Source of the DNA: Thalia democratica
Taxonomy: Eukaryota
DNA length: 64,000 bases
Assembly: GCA_965202585.1 (NCBI GenBank)
Contig: OZ241833.1
Location: forward strand, 30,566,001 to 30,630,000
Direction of reading: 5' to 3'
This document shows positions 26,858-37,600 of this stretch, piece after piece. How positions within the stretch are numbered: the stretch's first letter is position 1; each line of letters opens with the position of its first letter. The notes beneath the pieces are model-generated. The model ran no database searches, had not been told where the DNA came from, and saw nothing but the letters and a program-made list of their open reading frames with translations. The position numbers were made by a program, and so were the translations under genes.

Positions 26858-28762
26858 TTAGTTTTTCTTTCTAAACAAGGCTTTAAATGCCAAACGAAAC
26901 CTTTTGTTAAGAACACTGTAAACTAAAATGTTCCAAATTGAGTTTGTTGACAAAAAGTATTGAGAAATATATACATTAAGGTAGAACTCTACGGCTTCAC
27001 AGTCAACATAGTCTAATTTTAGTATGTAGTATAAAGTGTGATTGTTCATGTTGGTGACAAACTTATTGTAAAAGCGACAACCATAAAAATCAAAACTAAT
27101 GACATTTGTTTTTCTGCTAAAAGTTTGTTTCTAACCACACGATTTAGTTTTAAGGATCTTTTACAGCTTTTGTAAAGGCTTATAAGGGTTAACAATGTAA
27201 ATATCCACAGTAAAGCGAGTAATACAATCAAAAATATAGCTTTAGATATCTGGTTCGGGTTTTTACTAAAGGAAGGTTGTAAGAATATAAACATATTTTT
27301 CAAAGTTATTGCTCTATAAAAGTCTATAAAAACAGTTTTAAAAGCGCTTAAAATCAATATTACTATTGATAAAACTTTAGCTATTATAATAGTGTTAGTT
27401 TTTTTGAATTTAAAAGGAAGTGCAATTGCAAAATATTTATCAGCCGCAGCCAAAGCAAGTGAAATTAAAGAAACAATAAGCGACATTTTCATTAACAATA
27501 CGTATATCGTTATAAAAGTTACCAGTTCTATTGGGTTTTCTAAAAAATACGGCTCGCAGTAATAATGTTTAATATCATAAGCTGTTAAGTTTTTCTTGTA
27601 AACAGTGAAAGCATCAACATGATGTTTATAAGGTAGACAATCTAGACCATAAGTTGCTATGAAACGATTGAAGAAAATTTAGTTAGCATCCAGCAATAAG
27701 ATAAAAGCCCAAACAATATCAGAAACTGCAATAGAAGTTTTAAAAACATATTGGCTTTTTCTAAATTCTTTAGTCTTCCGAATGACCACTATTACCAAAA
27801 TGTTTCCAATAATTGAAAAGAGTCCAACTGAAGTAAAGAGTGTATATTCTCCAATAACTGTGGTTTTCTGTCTAATAGAAAACACAGTCAAAAACATTTT
27901 AGTTATTAGGTTTATTGTGATCATTTACGTTGTGTTGAATATAGCGGTTGAAAATGATATTTTTACGCTTAGATCGTTTAGTGTCTAACTTTGACGATTT
28001 AGGAGCACAAAAAAAACATAATTTTTTTCCAACGGCTGGAAAGAGGTTCTACTCATATCAACTCTGCTTAGTCACAAGAAATATCCTCGTGAATGTTCGT
28101 TAGCAACTATACTATCAAAATAACAAAAAAAAAAACTTTGTTTTAATGCTGAGTTGATATAAATAAAAACTTTTTCCAGCCGTTGGAAAAATTTGATTTT
28201 TTTTGCTCCTAAATTGTCAAAGTAAGACACTAAACGATCTAAGCGTAAAAACATCTAAAAAAAATATTTGTTTTAAAATTTTTATTTAACAAGTCACGAG
28301 AAACACCCTAGTGAATGTTTGTTAGCAACTATATTATCAAAATAACAAAAAAAAAAATTAACTTGTCAAATAAAAGTTTTAGAACAAATATTTTGTTGAG
28401 ATATTTTTTCTTTTTTAACTTCAGTATGGATTATTAAACTTCTAACCCGTTGCTATATGTAAGAGCTTTTAGATAACTAAGAACTGTTTTTTTATAAAAA
28501 CAAAAATATTGTTCATTATAAAAAGCATTAAAAAACGTAAGTTTTAATGTTTTCTAAAATACAACCATCCTTTTAGCTTTGTCTTTATCCGTAAAGATTA
28601 AAAAATCAACAAGTTTTGCTGCAAAAATTTATACACTTAAATTTTGACACCGACTTCGACTTACCTAGCATTCAATACAGAAAAAAAAGAGTTTTTTTCC
28701 AAAAAATGTATGTTCTCTGTAGTAAATGTACTAGAATCCCATATATTAACGTCGTATAACGT
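26858..28762 (-). pseudogene. Orphan rhodopsin-like GPCR, copy 3 (pseudogene); exon 1 remnant 28762-28665, exon 2 27871-26858
   Basis: Explains three ORF-track fragments. In-frame TAA at 27681-27679 with the frame continuing afterwards; 1-nt deletion near 27050 (CCA ACA TG AAC AAT CAC); DRY changed to DKY; exon 1 homology (TTENIHFLEK...AG|gtaagt) stops at the tandem repeat edge, so the start codon and signal peptide are missing. Confidence 0.88.
27956..28255. repeat. Inverted duplication (arms about 110 bp) in the GPCR3 intron
   Basis: 27956-28067 versus reverse complement of 28148-28255; spacer duplicated directly at about 28293-28358. Confidence 0.85.
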
Positions 28763-29430
28763 CTAAAGTAATAAGGAAATCAAAAACACTTGCAAAGAAG
28801 TTGAAAATATAGCCTTTAATATATTGTGTGTACACATTTAAAGTACAAGATTGAAGTTAATACACTAATACTGTAGGTTGTCCTTAACAAGATATTAAAA
28901 TGTATCAATGGTGTGCGACTCAATAACCGAAAGCTTTTTTCGTGCACCAAGTCTTAGGACAAAATATTTTGTGCTCTTTTTTTTTGTCGTACAATAAACA
29001 ATATATATTTCAAAAGTTGATTTTTTTTATTTAGTTGTCTAAAGTAATAAGGAAGTCAAAAACACTTGCAAAGAAGTTGAAAATATAGCCTTTAATATAT
29101 TGTGTGTACACATTTAAAATACAAGATTGAAGATAATACACTAATACTGTAGGTTGTCCTCAACAAGATATTAAAATGTATCAATGGTGTGCGACTCAAT
29201 AACCGAAAGGTTTTTTTCGTGCACCAAGTCTTAGGACAAAATATTTTGAGTTCTTTTTTTTTGTCGTTCAATAAACAATATATATTACAAAAATTGTTCT
29301 TATTTTTAATTTAGTTGTCTAAAGTAATAAGGAAATCAAAAACACTTGCAAAGAAGTTGAAAATATAGCCTTTAATACATTGTGTGTACACACTTAAAAT
29401 ATGTGGTTGTAGTTAATACAGTTATATTTT
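28761..29430. repeat. Tandem repeat, unit 276-280 bp, about 2.4 copies
   Basis: gtctaaagtaataaggaa(a/g)tcaaaaacacttgcaaagaag recurs at 28761, 29037 and 29317. Confidence 0.9.
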
Positions 29431-29612
29431 AGTTTGTCCTGATTAAAAAATTCAGATCTGTATCCATATTGTATGAAAAAAACTTAGAAAAAGAAATGTT
29501 ATTTATCTATATTTTTAATTGTACATAACTGATTCGTTTTTCAAAGTAGTAATTTATTTTTAGCACAAGTATTTATGTATTATAACAAATTAATTTAATC
29601 TTAAAATAATCT

Positions 29613-29843
29613 TTAAACTATATATTTGACAGTAAAATGACTAATGCTCCCGGTGTTACCGGCGTCCCCAGATTCCTCTGAAGCCAACCCTGTAACAGGT
29701 TCAGCAGCCTCAACAGGAGCTAGATTCGCGGTAGTTCCGGGGCATTCTTCTGAAGTATTCTCGGTTTGCGATAGTACTTCGGTTCTGGATCGAGTTCTTG
29801 GGGGTTTAAGAACCTTTTTTAAGGTTCTTTCAATAGAGGACAT
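29613..29843 (-). CDS. Orphan 76-aa ORF (basic N-terminus, acidic/Pro/Gly-rich remainder), possible micropeptide or first exon
   Basis: GC-enriched island with a true ATG, downstream of a CpG-rich promoter-like region on the same strand; no recognisable domain. Confidence 0.4.
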   Translation of the reverse strand: MSSIERTLKKVLKPPRTRSRTEVLSQTENTSEECPGTTANLAPVEAAEPVTGLASEESGDAGNTGSISHFTVKYIV

Positions 29844-30279
29844 TTAATTAGATTAGATACAATGAGTTTTTTATAGTTTCAGTTTATTATTTACAACAAA
29901 AAATACAAAAAAACAAGTAACACACAAATAACTGCAAAGTTCAGCTAAATTAGGAAAATGAGCAGAAATATGCTTCCTGCTCTGTTTCACTGCGGTGTGA
30001 CGAGTGGTTGTTTTGCTCAGACTCCGTTGATGGTTTACCTCGAAGGGTTGGGCTGGGCACGTTCTCTTGGTCGTGGTCGTTGAATTGTGATCGTGCGATA
30101 AGCGAAATAAAATTTTAATTTACACAAGAAATATTTACAAAATAAATGTACACTATTTTGAGTGTTGGGTTGCTGAACAAAGACTTAATCAGAACAATAC
30201 CACTCGCAATGGTTTCGTTAGGAATTATCTATCAAATGACTTAGCTATACGCTATAATTCTAAAGCAAGTTACAAACTC

Positions 30280-30620
30280 AAGTCGAGTTTGACGCCCCGA
30301 TATTTATAAGTTATGAAATTAAAGACACGCAAACCTCAATTTGAGCTATGCGCCTCGTTGAAGTAATTAAATTAGAATCACTCAAAAAAACGCTTTGAAT
30401 GATTAATTTGAAGTGCTTGTGCGGCCACAATCACTGATTGTGACGTAATGAGATAAGATTTGAGATCTTCGATTGACGTTGTAATTTCAAAATGGCGACT
30501 GTCGCTTCGGACTGAAACTGGCGTAGTGGTGCTTCTTGTTAACGTTGAAATCCAAATGATCTGCCTTCTCGTTCGCTCGGCTCTTTTTATACGCTTTTCT
30601 TACATAACATCACCTGGTCA
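30280..30620 (-). promoter_or_regulatory. CpG-rich promoter island
   Basis: TATAAAAA on - at 30591-30584, YY1-type CAAAATGGCG at 30488-30497, ATF/CRE-like TGACGTAA at 30441-30448, second TATA-like TATTTATAAG at 30301-30310. Confidence 0.6.
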
Positions 30621-31979
30621 AGACATGATTGTATGATGTAACATGCTGATTAAGGCATGAAAACTCGGCGTGATCGGTGGTTGATTCTATATTGAGTTCA
30701 AAACGAAATGCGTCAACTAGCGGTTGTTTAATATTATAATTTAAAGTGGTTTTTATAGAAATGAGTTTTGTGATTTAACAAAACAACGAAATTTTTTAAA
30801 AAATAACTTTAAATGAGTTCAATTTTAAGGCAATCGACGTGAAAGTAATAAGACCTTCACGTTGATGTCCAACATGACAAATCAAGTAACGTTGTTCTTT
30901 AAGCAAGGAAAAAACTCAGTCAGCTATTTAACTTTAATCACTTTTGTTCGATGTTGTTATTAGTATCATTGGTAGTAGTATTAAAGCCTGAAAGTTGTTC
31001 TACCTTTTAGTTTTTTTACTATTCTTTACATTTTAAGTTTTTTTTTTTGAAGCACAGTGTTGATGTTTTCAAACTATTCTAATATTTAAATAGGAACTCA
31101 AAAAGTTATTACTAGAGTTATCTGAAGTACAAATTTACTACTGTTTTAGAAGTTTAAATCCACACAGCTTAATTGTTTTAATACTATTTCAATAGTATTC
31201 GATCAGGTGTCAGATATTTTTACTATTAAAATAACGAATTTTCGCAACATCTATATTAACTTACAGTTTTCATTTGGTTGAAACTATACTTAGTGCATTC
31301 TTACCACTACATTTAGGTTTTTTTAACTACTAATCAGACAACCGTGGTAAAATGACCTGCCATGAAAACAAGTTGAGAAATAAGTAAAATTTTATTTTTA
31401 TTTAAAAAAATATAAAACCGGGTGTGGATTTTTTAATAAACCCAATAAAACTAAGGTTGAAAAATAATTGTCAAGTTGTATTTTTAATTTTAACTCGGAC
31501 TTTGGTATTAGTTTTCCAAATAAAAACAACCCAATTTTTATAGGCTTCTTTGATATTACCTTCACAATCAGCCTGAATAATTAAAATAATAAATACCGAA
31601 ATTCAAGAATATTTATTTTTTCAAGAGATTAAATACAATTTTATTTAATGTTGCAAAAAATTAACTTTCAATCTTTAAGCAAAAGCTAAATGATAACTTT
31701 TTTAATTTAATACGTAATCTTGATACTACTGAAGTACTGAGTCTTTTACTAACATTAAATCGGTACTTCGTTATATATTAAGTCTTGTAAAGTTAGAAAC
31801 AAATCATATGTGGAAAACTGTTTCAGACTAAATTTCAATTATTTTTTTCAATTTTTGTTGTACTGAGCTAACAATTGATAAAATAAGTCAAACTGGAACA
31901 TATTTCCTATTAATTCTAGGGAATCCTTACAGATGTGGAGTAACAGACAGGGTTTCATGTAAATTTCAGATTTGCTTAA

Positions 31980-32180
31980 TTTCTTCCAGGTTTTTAAAAA
32001 ACAATACTTTTGGTCTATTCTTAGTTTAATTTGAAATTAAATAAAAAAAAACTCTTCATTATCATCAAAACATTTTGTTTTGAAATTTCGTTACTTTACA
32101 TGTAAAAATAATTTAAACTTCCATATTTTCAAGATTTTTTTTCAAAATTTCTCAAAACCAAGTTTTTCTGGCAACCCTTA
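31980..32180 (-). mobile_element. Partial reverse copy of the CAGGGTTGCCA MITE family
   Basis: Reverse complement reads agggttgccag...tttgagaaattttgaaaaaaa, matching the 15771 element. Confidence 0.55.
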
Positions 32181-34238
32181 ATAGATCCTAACAGTTTAAC
32201 TAAACTTAAACTAATTACTATTTTTTCTAGTATTTTCAACTTTATTTAAATATTCAACATGATAGTTTAAATATTCTTGTAAACCCAATACCCAACTAAA
32301 ATAGACATTTTTTATAATCAGATTTGTTCATTTTCACACACGAAAATACCTTTATCAGATTTAGAAATGATCAAATCGTTGTCACTTTTAAATTACTTAG
32401 TATTTTTTTGGAGAACTTGAACAAATTTGTTTTATCTGGTTTCGATATAATGTAATTAAAAATTTTGAGACCGCCTTAAGTGATAAGTAAGACATTCCAT
32501 TTAACTTTATTTTGGAGAAACTCTGCAAAACTTTTGAACTTTAGTCTTAAAACATTCTTCTTTCTATGTTCTAAAAGACACCTTCACACTTATTGACAGA
32601 AATATACAGTATAATGTTTATACAGCAGATAAAGTTATTTCTAAGTCACGATACCTCCTTCTTTTCAAAAATTTTAACTGCTAAGTAGGCAATAAAATGT
32701 TAATGGACAAAATTAAGTGATATTTCGTTAATTGAAAAGTTTAATATTTGCTTTTATTTCGAGAGGTAAATTGTGATGATTAAAATTTTTTGAAAAGTGC
32801 TAAAATAGTATGATGTTTTACCAATAAACTAGATATGTAAGCACATATTTCTAAATAAATTGTTAGTGATACTTAAAATTAAGTTATGTGTTATGAAAAC
32901 CAAGTCAATTAAGTGGGATTAAAAACGTACAAGGAACTTATTGCTATTGTGATCTCTAGCACAATACTAACTAAACTACTTCAAGTATTTCGGTTGTTGT
33001 TTTAAAATCTTTATAAGCGTAATTCAAGTAACAAACTTTTACAATAGTGATACAGAATTGCCATAATTGAAGAAATCTCACCACAAGTACTGTTTTGCTT
33101 CACGGATGAACAAATATGGCAGCTTTTCTTTTATTGATTTTCCTTCTGAGACTGTTTCTTGCTATACATGTCTAATGATATAAATGTCTTGCATAAAATT
33201 ATTTTATTATGTACAGTAAAAAGCAAAAGTTTTTTTACGTTCTGTTATCCTGGTAATTCTTAAAAAAATTTGAAAATCATTTTACGTACATGCAGTACAG
33301 AAAATTGTCTAACTGATAGAATATTATGAATTTTGATGTAAAACTATTAAAAGTTATATTTAAACTATAAAAGTTACATTTTCAATCTTAAGCTAAAAAT
33401 AGGTTCGATCAAAGGTAATTATTCTGAAAAGCATGTAATTTTATGAGGGATTTTAAGATCTGAATAAAATAAGATGACAACGTCATCATGTGATAAGTGT
33501 TTAAATATGTTACTTAATAAGTTTACAATTAATTTTTTAATATATCAACAATTGGTCTAGCAGTTATAACTTTTGTATAGACACTAAAACATACTTTATT
33601 AATGTTTAGTTTTCAACAAGATTTAAATTTAAAAAAAAACGTGTTACCTAAACACTTTGAATTGTTAAACTAGAATTAATATGATCTGAAACACACTCGA
33701 TTCAATAAAGTTTATTTTGAACGCTTATTGAGAAAAGGTAATTTAAACAAAAAAGAATGGATGTCAAAACAACACTTTCAATTAGCAGCACGATTTATTA
33801 TCGATCAAGAAACGTTTATCGGAAAGAAAAGTTGTAAGCGTACTTTTGTTAATTTTAATATTTTGAACTCGATAGCTGCAACGGGAGTTGTTAATCAAAA
33901 ATGAAGATTTATCAAAAAAGCTGTACGTAAAATTCTTAAATAAAACATAATTGTTTGAAAGAACGTTAGAAAAAAGTAATTAATAAAAACGATAAGGCCA
34001 AGAAAGGTTTGGAGTTTGCTCACAAACCGAAAAATGTATGTAGAAAAATTTTTTGGAGTGAGCTAATCAAAAGTGTGTAGAAAAAGTAATTAAAATAGAT
34101 TCGCGAAATAATTAAAATTAAAACATCAACTTTGGTCTATTAGCTTCATTTAAAAAACTTATAAAAAAAAACTATTAATAAAAAAGACCTAATTTGTAAA
34201 AAATTTGAAGACGCTAAAAATCCCCTTCATTGAAAAAA

Positions 34239-34629
34239 TTAAGAGGTATTTTCCCTTTTAACCGCGGCGTCGGCAGATTGGTTGCTCGTCGGAGCCTGCT
34301 GGGAGATTTGACCTTGTTGAGGATTTCCAAATTGGGGAAACCCCATAAAGGTGCGAAGGGCCACGGCGTTGTTAGAGAAGTTTGGCGCGAATATCAGGGG
34401 ATTACCCATGTTACCGTTTTGCAGTATCGGGTTGGGGAAAAACCCGCTCATTTGCGGGGGCTGGTTGCGCATGAAGAGGGAGGTGGCTGGGGAGGGAAGC
34501 TGGTAGTCGGCGAACGACGAGTTTCTGGTGATTCCCCCTTGGTTGCCGTGGGGAAGGTGCTCTCCCACGTACGTGGGCGTCAGGTCGTTGCGGTGGTGAC
34601 GACGCCCGATGTGACGCTGGCAGTTATAC
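34239..34629 (-). CDS. Zinc-finger gene terminal exon (end of finger 10; Pro/Gln/Asn-rich tail)
   Basis: cacacag|G TAT AAC TGC CAG CGT CAC completes [22 protein letters not shown]; stop at 34241-34239. Confidence 0.9.
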
Positions 34630-37600
34630 CTGTGTGACGTCATAGTATTGAATTATTTCAAAAACTTTATATTGGTTAAATCGTGCTGAAATTCTTTCTA
34701 TTAGTCAACTTGGTAAAAAATTATATTTTTCATATAAAAAACCTTGATGTTAAATTTAAACATCAGTAAGTAACTATTATAAATATTGAAAAGTTTAAAT
34801 TATAAAAAACAGAGCTTTTAAAAATTTGTAATCAGTAATTTTGTTAATAAATTTACTATTTGCTTAAGTTAAGATTTTTTTTTTTAATTTTCTAATAGCC
34901 TCAACTTGATACTTAAATTGTACAAACTTTTTTTTCAAATTCTAGATCATATTATTATTCATAGTATAACACTACTATGTTTAGTATGAAGTAAATAAAT
35001 AAAAAACATGCAAAAATATTCATGCAAAATTGGAACACGTTTAGAAGAAAACCTTTTAAAATCATGCAAATTTTAATCATGCTTATTTATTAGTTATACA
35101 TGCAGAAAACTTTATCACCAAAAAATGCAAAAAGCAATGACTTAATTGTAAAGCTAGAGAAAAACAATTTTTGGATAAGATCTTATAAAATAGGATTGAT
35201 TTTATCCATACTTGTATATCAAAAATACGTCATTTCGACAAACTTAAATGAAAGTTTTTAATTATACCTCTGTTTCAAGGTTTTTAACCATTTCAACATT
35301 AAAAATCATAAAAATGTGATTTAAAAATTCAAGGTAGCTGCTAGTTTGAGCTAAAATGATGTTTTTTTTAAGTACATAAGTGATTCACAGTCAATATTCA
35401 ATAAAAAAAAATTAAGTGATTTTTTTTTACAAAACAGGAACAATCAAAGTTCTTCAAGTGCTTGAGTTTGATGTCAAAAAAAAAACAATATATCACAGCA
35501 GTAATGAGAAAGTAAATGTCATAACTGAATAAATCATATTAAAAATTTCGACTCTTTGATTTCATCCAAAAAAAAGTATAAATAAGGATTTTGATTTTTC
35601 CAGGCAAAAAATAAATTTTTTGAATATATTTTTTTTGCGAAAAAATTAAATCCACGCAAGTTTTATTTCCTTTTGCAATCTGAGACAAAATAAAACCCAT
35701 TCCAAAAAAAAATATCGAATTCAGATCGAATATTTTCATTCAGGCAGTATAAAGGTCTATGCTGATTAGTCTTTTCAAAAAAAACTTTTCAGGCAAAATA
35801 AAGACTCATGTTTGGTCAGTATCAACAAAAAAAAATCCAGGCAAAAATATTTCAATCTGAGTCTTTTTGTTTTCATTCGAAATTAAAGTCCCTGGTCAAT
35901 TTACTTTGAAGTGAAGGGAGTCTCGCATTGGGGACATTCCCACGGATGCGGTACGTGATGCTCCGGAATGTGATCCTTGAGTGATTGGACGTCGGGAAAC
36001 ACCCGCTTGCAGAAGCCGCACGCGAAAGTTGATTGGTTCTTTAATTGATAGATCACGTGATTCAAGTGTGAAAATATTCGAGCCAATGAGAGAGGTGACA
36101 TGAAAGAAATTGCAGCGTTTCAATAGGATAAAAAAATAATGTTTTGGTTGTCTAAAGTTTTAACGACATTTAATGTGTGCTAAACAACATCAATTTAAAT
36201 TAAAAAATTATGTTAAATAAACGTTTACTAATTATTTAAAAACAGCTTACATTTTAACATAAAACAAAATGTTAAAATTTAAAGATTGCTGAAATAAGCA
36301 GAAAAATGAAGCGAAGCCACAATTCAAGTCGACAACAAAATGATTTTATAAAAAAAACAGATATATTTACAATATAAATTTAACTCTTTAAAAGTTATAT
36401 TACTTTCAAGTACAACATACCTTCTTTTTACTATTTCTCAATTGTTCAGTTGATCTTCGAGTCTGTTTTTTTTTTGTGATTTTTAATAACTTAAAATAAA
36501 CAGTTATATTAAAAATAAAAATGCAATTAAAGCCGCTTTTTGATTGACAAAAACAGTTATATCAAACTGTTGACCAAAGAACTCTGGAATATTGGAATTC
36601 GATACCCACACAGACTCGGACGTAAACATCTTTTAGGCTTAAAACTCGCAAAACAATAATTTAAAAATGAAGCGAAAGCACTGAAACAGCCAAACATGAA
36701 TTTTCGGTCTTGGAAACAGCACGAATACTTTACAATTTCCAGCTTTCAGGCGACATAGATTTTGTTTTGGCAGTCAACACTTTGTTATATCAACGTGTAA
36801 AGTAACCGACATTAAGGTAACTTGATGATGTGAATTCACCAGCTTTTTTACATGTGCAAGATATTAAAAAATGTTAAAAAAAAAAACTAACTTTTTTTTA
36901 AAGTAAACAATATTATTTTTCTGGAGACTAATATACTATTGCAAATCAGATTTAATTTAAAAGCAAACATTTATAACATAAATTCTTATTTTTAGTCAGG
37001 GTGTTTCAGTAAAAAAAAAATTTTTTTTTAAATTTTTGATAAAAAATCTAAAAAGTTTGAAGTTAAAATTAGAAAAAAACCTTAAGTTACTTACAATGAG
37101 TAAAAATGTGTAAACAACGAATTTAAAATACTATATATAGTATATTTACGACCAAGACACACAAAATGAAACAATTTAAGCCATAAGAAAAATAACAACA
37201 TTCAAAACAATAAACAACATTGAACAAGACAATGAACTGATTTTGGAGAGGTAAAGAAAAAAAATTGTTTTTTGATGCTTAAATATAAGCAACTACTCCA
37301 AAATCTACTTCTACAAAAGCAAGAAAGCATTACAAAAGGTTAGTAGTAAATGTTAGTGAAAATTTATACAAAAAAAGGTAATTAATAATAAAAAGTAACC
37401 TCCGAATTAAACATGAGTGTACAATTAATAAGGCAACATACACGAACTAATTAAGTAAATGTTATTAACAAAAAAGTGTTAAAAAACAACAAGCAACTTT
37501 GAATAATCTAGATGAAGCGGTCCACGGGTTGCCACAAAAACATCTCAAGAATTTTACCGAGAACTTTTTGATGTTAACAGAGTTTAAACTTGGGTTATTT

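Noticed and set aside
28761-29430. Regular repeat as a CRISPR array
   Set aside because: Units are 276-280 bp and similar along their whole length, with no unique spacers; eukaryotic context.
29613-29843. Orphan ORF as a replacement first exon spliced to GPCR3 exon 2
   Set aside because: Available donors are phase 0 or 1, exon 2 needs phase 2, and exon 2 is itself broken.
31334-31360. cag|GT CAT TTT ACC ACG GTT GTC (GHFTTVV) resembling the CAP/SCP GHFTQVVW motif
   Set aside because: Followed immediately by TGA with no other CAP exons nearby; probably chance.
33082-33151. Isolated minus-strand exon candidate (SEGKSIKEKLPYLFIREAKQYL)
   Set aside because: No partner exons or recognisable domain; lies downstream of the zinc-finger stop codon.
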